From positions 26,784,001-26,848,000 of the forward strand of contig NC_045138.2 of assembly GCF_008831285.2 (NCBI RefSeq): a stretch of DNA of 64,000 nt, read 5' to 3'. Source of the DNA: Nymphaea colorata. Its lineage: Eukaryota. The notes below the pieces were generated by a model. It saw only the letters and a program-made list of their open reading frames with translations, did not search any database and had not been told where the DNA came from. Positions 14,017 through 23,026 of this stretch are shown here, piece after piece. A program made the translations under genes and the position numbers. The stretch's first letter is position 1, and each line of letters starts with the position of its first letter.

Positions 14017-14563
14017 ATGACAAACTATGGTGCCATTCCAACATCTTCTGGTGAGAGCAGTGGGCTTGATTTCATCTCAGGTCAAAAAGAGCAACAAATC
14101 AATCTTACCTACACGTCGGCCATGGAGAGAAATGGTACATCTGCACGCTTTTAGCAGTCCATCAGGCTTCAGGGATTCGCTGGCCAGGTTCGTGACAAAT
14201 CTGGGCTACTTTCGCGTTAATTATGCAATCATCGTCTTGATCATAGTCTTCCTGAGCTTGCTATGGCATCCGATTTCCTTGATTGTGTTCGTGGTCATGA
14301 TTGTGGCTTGGTTTTGCATCTACTTCTTACGTGGTGAGCCTCTTGTGATCTTCGGACGCATGATTGATGATCGAAGCATCTTTATCACGCTGTCTATCAC
14401 AACAATCATCGTTCTGCTTCTTACCGACGTCACTCGGAATCTTGTGGTTTCTCATGCCATTGGCCGTGCAACTATTGTTCTTCATGCTCTTCTCCGGAAG
14501 ACGGACGACCTGTTTGTGGATGAAGAAGAAACTGCTTCTCTAAGACCTCAGCCTGTCGATTAG
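14017..14563 (+). pseudogene. PRA1: PRA1 family (PRA1.F-like) copy 1, frameshifted near the N-terminus
   Basis: Colinear with 18176-18724 but 2 nt shorter (547 vs 549 nt), from a deletion at about 14077-14080. The ancestral ATG at 14017 reaches TAG at 14152-14154. The downstream frame is open from ATG 14027. Transmembrane substitutions (SHAIGRAT vs SLAIGLAI) suggest relaxed selection. Confidence 0.75.
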
Positions 14564-15209
14564 GCTGTTCCTTGCATCTCTGCATCGTGGATTTGATCTT
14601 GCGTTTACTATTTGCTTTCTCTGTATGGTGTTTGTGTTTTCTTCGTCTCTTCTTTCCTCTTGCTTCACTATTTCATGAGTTGGCTGCCTCCTCTAAGATA
14701 GCAGGCTGCTCTATAGAAATTTTCCTGCATGCATCGCCATTTTTTGAATTTTGACGTCTTGGGTTCCTCTCTTTTCTTCCTACGAAAGCATTTTTCCTTC
14801 TGGGGAGAATGTAGCTGAGCGGAAATAGTTCCTCACAAGAACCAAACAGGGAGAAAGTGTAAACGATTGTTTACATAACTCAAAAAGCTAGTGTGTGGAA
14901 GATGAAAGAAGAAAAAGGTAAGGAGCTGGAGAAAAGTCTTCCAAAAATACAGCCAGCCCAAGATGGCGTCGGTTCAAGCTATTCAAAAGAAAATGAGAGA
15001 TTTAAGAGAACAAATCTCAATGTTTGTAAACTGTGATGGAATATGACAAAGATATGGAAAAGGAGCCTGATTTGATTTTGAATTTGAATTTTCTTGACCA
15101 ATGTATATAAAATTAACTAAGGAAACCAGTCATCGTGGAGTTGATGATTGAGATCGTGTGGTAGGAAGAAATTTATGAACCCCTGTTTATGTTTTATCTT
15201 CCCTTTTTA

Positions 15210-15415
15210 TGGTAGTAGAGCCTGAAAGCTCTCACCGGCAGATCTATTGATCCTAGTTGTTGCACCTTTTCTTATCAGGGCGACATCATGACATTGTCAG
15301 CAGCTAAGTATCCATATCCCTTTACTGTGAACGTGGCCAACTTTATTTCTATTAAACTGTCCCACAAGAACTACTTCTTGTGGAAGACAAATTCTTGGAG
15401 TCATAGAGAGTCAAA
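15210..15415 (+). mobile_element. Ty1/copia LTR-retrotransposon relic (degenerate PBS plus gag N-terminus)
   Basis: TGGTAGTAGAGC at 15210 resembles the tRNA-iMet PBS TGGTATCAGAGC. ATG 15288 gives MTLSAAKYPYPFTVNVANFISIKLSHKNYFLWKT, then a frameshift, then QILGVIESQ, the typical copia gag start IKLxxxNYxLWK. Confidence 0.7.
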
Positions 15416-15673
15416 GAGCTCCAATACCTTTTGCCTGCTACAACGACTCTGATTCTCAGTCACCAAGGCACATGATGCAGGTCTGACCTATGGAGTTCTA
15501 ATGTAATTTGTTGTAATTATACTCAGTGACCAATTCGAGGGGGCCACGTGTCATATTTCAATTATTGGGTTTTCTTTGCATTAAATTTTTGAGACATTAA
15601 AGCCTCATTTGGATTTGGATAATATCTAGAATTCGTATCAAAGTTTATCCAGGTCTAGTATTTTTCCTATAAT

Positions 15674-16075
15674 TGGTATCAGAGTAAGTTTAGTGTAAGA
15701 GTGATCTAGAACCAGCTGCAAGTTCATCCGACTTATACACTGAACTTGTTAAGTGTAATAGTACGTGTTATTCCATAAAGATGCTTTGATATCATATTCA
15801 GGCAAAGTGGGTTTATTAGCAGTTACAATGAAATGTTTAACCTTAGTAATTATGGATATTGGAAAGTCTGCACTAAGTCATATTTTTAGAACGAGAGCTG
15901 CGGGACGTTCGATTGGGATTAAATATAAAAATCCCTACTGATGAAGATGCCAACAAAAAATGGCTGCTAAAAGCAAAAAGAGTCTTATTTATTACTATGA
16001 AGGCATCAATTGAACATGAACTACTAGAGCATATCCTGAGCGAGCATCAGGTTGACAACCCAAAAGAGGTCTCCC
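15674..16075 (+). mobile_element. Second Ty1/copia relic (PBS plus disrupted gag/UBN2-type region)
   Basis: TGGTATCAGAG PBS at 15674-15684. Downstream reads FNLSNYGYWKVCTKSYF*, a frameshift, then KKWLLKAKRVLFITMKASIEHELLEHI...PKE, resembling copia gag. Confidence 0.75.
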
Positions 16076-16192
16076 TTAGTCCCCCTGCCTTTGGGATCCT
16101 ATCTTGCATCGGCATCAATGATGGTTTTAGCTTGAATGTCATACATTACCACTTAAGACGCAGAGAACTAGAGACCTGTCTTTTCAGGTGCT

Positions 16193-16941
16193 AGATCATG
16201 TTACAAAAGATATATACTCAGAACATCTTATGATCATCATTATTACCTCCATTCTTGTTCTTTTCTATCTATATATCTAGCGATCTTGATGTGTATTGAT
16301 CTTGACGTATGTTGTGGAAGCAGATTCCCATCATCTACTCCAAATCCTACCGCATCTCGCTATTGGCTTTCGAAAGAATGCAAGTGAACGGCTTCTCCTC
16401 CCTCCCCACATCTTCATTTGATTCTCAAGTTTCTTAATCTTTCATTAATGCATTTAATCTAGGAAGTGAATTAACTTTTGCTTAAATCATATTTAACAAG
16501 TTTTTAAGATTGTTTGGAAGATTACTCGTGTTTAAAAAATAAAAAAAGACAAATTTGTTCTTTTACCTGCTTTGACATTTTAACCCGTTATAAATGATTT
16601 TTGTGAAAAAATATTTTTTTTATCTTTTTTTTAAAATTAATTCGTGACCTAAAACTCATCTTCTTGTGAATAACCTAGGGACCAGGTTATTCGATCTCTT
16701 TTGGAAACCAGGTTTTGTCGAAGAAATTTTTGAAAAAACCTGGTTTTAGTGTTCTACAAACACTACAAAAAAACTGTTTTGGCTTTAAAATTCTGTTTCA
16801 TGTTGTCATCCAAACACTAACCAAATAGCCGACCCTTATCAGGAAATGGCTAATCACACTGCCCGAGTGAAGGCTGAAAAAATTGATTGATCTGGACATG
16901 TCTTAATTGAAGCAAAGTGTCTGATCAATTTGTATAACTTA
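16193..16941 (+). pseudogene. HDA2: HDA2 copy 2 remnant (intron 1 end, exon 2, intron 2 start, intron 11 MITE, end of last exon)
   Basis: 16193-16600 aligns to 7461-7905, including exon 2 (16324-16379, IPIIYSKSYRISLLAFERM, donor changed from GT to GC). 16877-16941 aligns to the last exon and stop region 12322-12382. Exons 3-12 are absent. Confidence 0.85.
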
Positions 16942-16944
16942 GAA

Positions 16945-19900
16945 AAATGAAATAAACTGAGAAATGTTATCTTGCAGCAGGAAATAATACTACATATCTG
17001 TAACATGAATACTGAACTGTCCCAAGTGCATCAGTTAAGGGATCTCATTTTGATTTCCTAGAAGTGATATGCTCAAAATTTCTGTTGGATCCAAACAGGT
17101 GATAGCAGTATTCATTCATGATCTTCATCGCAGAGGATTCTAACTAAAGGTGCATCACAACAAAGAAAGAAATAACAACAATTAGCTTCCAAAAAGTATC
17201 AAATCAACAAGGTTGAGCAATGCCAATCAAACTTCTTTACCTGTGGACTTCAAACTGCAGATTTGCTTGACTGCTGATGCTGATGCTGATGCTTCCTTGA
17301 GGTCCAGATGACCCCATGCTTTGCATGTGGGATGGTGCCCACCATTCTATAGGCTCCCCACCATTTGGAATATTAAAAAACTGAGGCCTGACCAGAAAGG
17401 AGCAGTGCCTAAGCTGGACATATCCACTAAAAGAACTCAAAGAGCCAGAGACGGACCATCACACACCTTTATCATATGCATGATTGAGCCCACATGACCA
17501 GGGTTTCTCTTACATGTAGTCCCCCATTGAGTACATTTTCACTAAACTTTTCTCAAATTATTAGGAAAAGATTTTCATTCAGAAACCCAACTCTTGATCA
17601 TAAGCCCAAAAAGGGACCCCCTATTCTGAATACGGCCTCTGTTTTTGCTTAATCTCGGGTCTTTGTTGCAGTTTTCAGCAAAAGTTGGGCCTGTATTAGA
17701 AGAACTCTGGAATGTGAGGTCTGTCTTCAGGTTTACAGCCAAAAGTTGGACCTGCAGAATGGGAATTTCCAATTTTTAATGGAGAGCCCTTCCCAGCAAT
17801 CACCCAGCACACAGCCTTATGCCATGTGCTCCTGGACCAATGTATCTGTGACTATGAATGGTAGTTGTGAGGTTTGCCTACCTAAATCATTAAACAGAAA
17901 TTACCCAAGTGCCCATATGTTAAGCTATTGTAGCTACCAAACTTCATGAAATCAAGGGGTACTTCAGTCATGTTCAAGGTCAAGATCAAGATCTTGGTGG
18001 GTGCTTAACCACTAGCCAAATGCAGAGAGAACCCAATTGGATATATATAAGAGATTTTATGCACCCAGATTCTTTGTCCAGTTGATGCCTATGATAAGAT
18101 CTCTAGCTCTCTATATCAAGATCAAGTAGTCCTCATCCCTTTTGGGTATTATCTGAATTTTGCAGTTGGAGAGTCATGTCAAACTATGGTGCCATTCCTA
18201 CATCTTCTAGTGAGAGCAGCGGGCTTGGTTTCCTCTCTCGGGCCAAGGAACGAGGCAGATCAATCTTGGCTACACGTCGGCCATGGCGAGAAATGGTACA
18301 TCTGCACGCTTTAGGCATTCCATCGGGCTTCAGGGATGCTCTGGCCAGATTCAGGAGAAATCTGGGCTACTTTCGCGTTAATTATGCAATCATCGTCTTG
18401 ATCATAGTCTTCCTGAGCTTGCTATGGCATCCAATTTCCTTGATAGTGTTCTTGGTCATGTTTGTGCTTTGGTTTTTCCTCTACTTCTTTCGTGATGAGC
18501 CTCTTGTGATCTTCGGACGCACGATTGATGATCGAATCATTTTGATCACGCTTTCTATCATAACGATCATCGTTCTGCTTCTTACCCATGTCACGCTGAA
18601 TGTTGTGGTTTCTCTCGCCATTGGCCTTGCAATTATTGTACTTCATGGTGTTTTCCGCAAGACGGATGACCTGTTTGTGCATGAAGAGGAAACTGCTTCT
18701 CTAAGCCCCCAGCCTGTCGTTTAGGCTTTTCCTTGTATCTCTGCATCTTGGATCTGATCTTGCGTTTTCTGTTTGTTTTCTCTGTTTGGTGTTTGTATTT
18801 TCTTCGTCCCTTCGTTCCTCTGGTTTCACTATTCATGAGTTGGCTGCTTCTTCTAAGATTGCAGGCTGTTCTATAGAATTTTCCTGCCTTCACTCCCAAC
18901 TTTTGAGTTTTGATGTTTTGGGTTCTTCTCTTTTCTTTCTACGGGATCATTTTTCCTTCTGGGGAGGATGTAGCTGAGCGGAAATAGATCCCACAAGAAC
19001 CAGACGGAGAAAAAGTGTAAATGATTGTTCTCATAACTCCAAAGGCTAGTATGTGGAAGATGAAAGAAGAGAGATATTGCAAAAATGAAAAAAAGCTAGA
19101 GAAAAGTTTTCGATTTCGGACACGCAACCGGCTCAACCAGTTCCGAAAATATGCAATTGGGTGCTGCTGATGCCTCTGTTAGTTGTCTAAGTTTGTACAT
19201 CAATGGATCTGAATCCTGGCTTTCTTTTGAGATCGAACGCTGGCGCTGCCTCCATTACCACTTAACAAGGTACGACTGAGTATCTACAGGATGCTGTTCG
19301 TGGAAATAAACTAGAGCGTTACTGTTGTGCTTTTACTCTGTTCCTGTGAAAGTGTTGTCGATTCAGTTCTCCAGATCGGAACGGTGATGAACAGCATTAC
19401 AGTTTCACCCTTCATTGTAGTTAAATTTGATGTGTAAGATTTAGAATTTCTCTGAAATGGACAGAATGCTGCTTCATCTTTCCCAAGTAATCGTGTGTAA
19501 GAGAGCTTATCAGATTTGCTGTTCATGGGGCATCGGCCAATGTTCTTCAATTCTTGTGATTTTTCTTTATTCTTCCTTTGTAAGATGATCTCAGCTTCAC
19601 TGTTCCGGGGTAACTAGACGAAGTTTCATCTAATATTTCCCTGAAGCGGAATGTTGTTTCATTTCTTTCTTTTCATATCAACAGCATCTTTAAGGGCACA
19701 TCAGCTTTCTTGTTCATGGTTGTCTGATGTACTTGGTTTTTGTATATTTCTATCTGTTGAAAAAAATGGAAGATGGTTCTTGTCCACTTCTGCTGGCTTT
19801 GCATGCTTTTTAAGCAAATTTTGACAGTGCTATGATCCTCAAGACATGTGCCTACTTATCAGTAAGTATGTGATGTCAATTTTCTCTATCGAACTCGGCA

Positions 19901-20600
19901 TTCCATGATTTACTCTGTTGGATAGTGGCCACCACTTCAATTGCTCTAACATACTCATCATAGGACTCGATATTTGTCCCTGTTGTCAAACATCAACATA
20001 CACATATATACATTGATTGAACTCAGTGATATCTGAATTACATTGGTAGGGTAGATCCCAGTCTCAAAGCCCTACCTCTCGAATGTCAAACCCATTTCAG
20101 GTACGAAGTCAAGTTGTAAGCCTTGGTTTTCAGAATAATTTCACCTTTGGCACCCAAATGAGTAAGAAATATGGATTTGATTTTCGCGGAGCAAGCAATA
20201 GAGAATTCCCTAGTTTTTGGTGCATAAATTCAGATCTTCAGTTATTGAAAAATCCTAACACTGGACGGCAAGAAGTTGGGAGGAAAATTTGACACTTGAT
20301 TTTTGCCAAAGGAACTTGTTCATTGTGTGGATAGGTGAGGAACGTTGAATGGTAGTTGGAGAAAGCTAACATCGTAGTAGCTTTGTCATCAGAATCAGAC
20401 TACCTCGTTTTTTAACAGATGACCTCCTTTTCCTTCTCAAACCAAGATAACCTTGTTTGATTCAGCTACGCCCAAAATCCCAAGATTTTCAATCATTTTT
20501 GCCTGCTACAACGACCCTGATTCTTAGCTACCAAGGCACATGATGCAGGCCTCACTCATCCAGTTGCCAATTCCAGGGTGCCACGTGTTACGTTTCAGCT
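16945..20600 (+). repeat. Second copy of the tandem segmental duplication (homologous to ~12895-15560)
   Basis: 16945-19110 is colinear with 12895-14940 (PRA1 upstream region, CDS and 3' region). 20497-20600 is colinear with 15427-15560. Confidence 0.9.
18176..18724 (+). CDS. PRA1: PRA1 family protein (prenylated Rab acceptor, PRA1.F-like), intronless, 182 aa
   Basis: MSNYGAIPTS...ATRRPWREM...NLGYFRVNYAIIVL...LSLLWHPISLIV...FLYFFRDEPLVIFGRTIDDR...LHGVFRKTDDLF; these are hallmark PRA1 motifs. A TATA-like ATATATATAA is at 18041-18050. Confidence 0.95.
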   Translation: MSNYGAIPTSSSESSGLGFLSRAKERGRSILATRRPWREMVHLHALGIPSGFRDALARFRRNLGYFRVNYAIIVLIIVFLSLLWHPISLIVFLVMFVLWFFLYFFRDEPLVIFGRTIDDRIILITLSIITIIVLLLTHVTLNVVVSLAIGLAIIVLHGVFRKTDDLFVHEEETASLSPQPVV

Positions 20601-21045
20601 ACTTTTTATTATTATTCTTTTTTTTTTTGTTTTAGTTATCTTTATATATTTTTTCCAATTATGTCTTCATAAGGTATTTTTGTTAGTACTTTTAAACGTG
20701 AGCCGATTGTCGGTTGCACTGCTTTAGGACTCGGAGTCACTTCACAAAAAGCAAAAAATAAAAAATACAAAGGTTATATTGTAGAAGGTGGTTGAGACTT
20801 GAGACTTCCACCACGAGCTTTTTCTCTCTACAAAAAGAGGTAAAGGCTACTGTCATGTGTATCAATTGTATGTTGCTAAGGGCTGCGGATGTGAAGGGGC
20901 AAGCAGCTCAAGCTCACTACGCGAGCTGATGTGGTTTGTAAGTTTCTAAGGGAATCTCTTGTTATTAGTATTAATAGTTTTTATATAGTGATCACCTTTG
21001 TGACCTTGTTTTGTTTGGTTATCGAGATTTCGTATTTGATCTAAG

Positions 21046-21352
21046 GGGCATAGGGCATAGTATAGCTGGTTAAACTCACACACGATCGTGTAAAAGGTGC
21101 ATTGTTAGCTTCCATTCATATGAGTGCTATTCTCCTGAAATGTAAATGATCGGATCACCAAGAGACATAGTATAGCTGGTCAAACACACGTTTGTGTAAA
21201 AGGTGCATTGTTAGTTTTCATTCGTATGAGTGCTACTCTCCTAAACTATAAATGGTCAGATTGCCGACAAGTATACCATAGCCCACACAAGTATTGGGTA
21301 CTACTCAAAAACCCGAAGTAGGGGGAATGAGGAGTTTTCAAGCCTCTTTTTC
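21046..21352 (+). mobile_element. Possible tRNA-derived SINE with a tandemly duplicated head
   Basis: Two ~110-bp imperfect tandem copies (from 21056 and 21166). Each has an A-box-like TAGTATAGCTGG and a degenerate B-box about 45 nt downstream. The element ends in a T-run near 21345. Confidence 0.4.
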
Positions 21353-21527
21353 TTTGCAGTGTACATAAGAGCATTTTATATTTGTTTTAGTGCTCAAAAA
21401 ATTGGGCAAATTCATAAAAAAGACTAAGGTAGATTTAGTGTTCTTGTTGCCAAACAACATCTTATAGTCACTTAACCAGTTGTACTATATGGTCTATTAT
21501 ACTTAAAAATATTGCACTGCGTGCCAT

Positions 21528-21684
21528 CAGTAGCGGAGCTACCATGTGACTGGAGCGGACAACTGCCTACCCCATCTTGTGTAAACCTTTATAAAAGTTT
21601 TATTATTATGTGTTGGACTCAGATTTAACCATACCCAATCATGAATTGGTGCCCCTCAACGAAAACTTTCTACCTCTGCCACTG
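21528..21684. mobile_element. PIF/Harbinger-type MITE; related fragments near 9745-9797, 27214-27297 and 40170-40453
   Basis: Imperfect TIRs CAGTAGCGGAGCT ... ACCTCTGCCACTG. Shared GGGCAACTGCCC-like subterminal motifs occur in the other copies. Confidence 0.55.
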
Positions 21685-22743
21685 CATGCCATGTAAATAA
21701 ATCAAGCTTGGGGGCATTTCATGCACCTTGATGTAAAAGACTCTCTAACTTGATCTCCACCTGTATAATATTAATCCTAAGATGCTTCTTGTCGAGCGGT
21801 CATCCAAATGGATGACCTTATGAGTTCTTCAAATTTATGCTATCTTTGTTTACTCCTTTTTTGCTTCCCAAGAACTTCAAAAGGTAATTTTTTTTTTAAT
21901 TCTAAGTGCCACGTTTGAATATATCGTAGTGAATAATATTGCAGTATACTTCGTAAATACTACGAGGACATCATAACCACCACGCGAAAACTAAGAATAG
22001 CCCTATATCGATGCGCGGCCGCACCAGCACTCTGGGGAAACTTGAAGTTAAATGTTTGGGAGCATATATCTGCTTTAAGTGTTTTACTGCAATTTCTCTC
22101 TTGAAAATTTCAATAAAAGATGTTATACAAAAGTGTGATATTTTCAAAATATCGCCTATAATTGATGGAGGATGCCAGTAAATGTGTTGTTGCTTTCTAT
22201 ATCTGAGACCTTGGTCAGGTTTAATAAAGGGGATATCGTCTAAAGCCCACTGCAGAAGTAGCATTGCTTTCTTTCCTTTCATATAACAACCAAATCATGA
22301 TTTTTGCATAAGGCAATTTGTTACCATCAAGTCGAAAGATATCGCATACATCGAACCAAATGAAATATCTCGAATGAAGGCATTCAATTGGGCAATCTGA
22401 AGTCTGTATTGTGTGTGTGTGTCTCTCTCTCTCTAGCTCAAGTTAAAGAAAATAACCAGAGGCGCAAACAAGGAAGGTAATTAAAGGTGAGCATTGCTTG
22501 CTTTCTCCTTTTGCCGCTTGGTTTCACTACATAACAGCGCGCTCTGTTTTGTTGCTTCAGCTCATGAAGAAAATGTGTTGCAGGGAGTCTTCTTGTATTC
22601 TTGGCTCCGCCATGAACACCCGCCATGCTCCTCAGCGACTGCCCTATTCAGAATCTTCACTCCTTCAGGCGGATCTTCGTAATTATAAGCGCAGGAGAAG
22701 AAACCATGGTTCTACTGCTTTGTGGTTGTCAGGAACGAAGCTT

Positions 22744-22759
22744 GGTGCTATCCCAATTG

Positions 22760-22764
<5 letters not shown>
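22744..22764 (+). promoter_or_regulatory. miR390 5' (non-cleavable type) target site
   Basis: Mismatches opposite miRNA positions 9 and 10, G:U pairs at 8 and 19, and a mismatch at 1. Central mismatches are typical of the non-cleaved TAS3 5' site. Confidence 0.75.
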
Positions 22765-22832
<68 letters not shown>

Positions 22833-23005
22833 GGATCATGTAGCAGGTGGGGATCGTGGTGGAACTGACATACTGTAGCGCATGATGTGTTCCCCCCATC
22901 TCAGGGATGGACATGGTTTCCCTTGCAGAGGCCTTCCTTACTGCAGGTGGAAGTTCCTATCCGCTTTTCTTCGCCTCCTCCATTTCCTTTTCTCCTTTTC
23001 TCTTG

Positions 23006-23026
23006 TCTGCTATTCCTCCTGAGCTT
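23006..23026 (+). promoter_or_regulatory. miR390 3' (cleavable type) target site
   Basis: Perfect pairing at miRNA positions 1-12, G:U at 13 and 19, and mismatches at 20-21. The predicted cut is between 23016 and 23017. Confidence 0.85.

Larger units (their letters stand above)
22744..23026 (+). ncRNA. TAS3-like trans-acting/phased siRNA precursor core (dual miR390 target sites)
   Basis: 5' site GGTGCTATCCCAATTGAGCTC (22744-22764) and 3' site TCTGCTATTCCTCCTGAGCTT (23006-23026), compared with the miR390 complement GGCGCTATCCCTCCTGAGCTT. The sites are 262 nt apart, with a pyrimidine tract before the 3' site. No exact tasiR-ARF is present. Confidence 0.75.

Noticed and set aside
17481..17490. 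TGATTGAGCC, the first 10 nt of miR171
   Set aside because: The match ends there and there is no hairpin.
20305..20314. TGCCAAAGGA, the first 10 nt of miR399
   Set aside because: The remainder does not match and there is no star arm.
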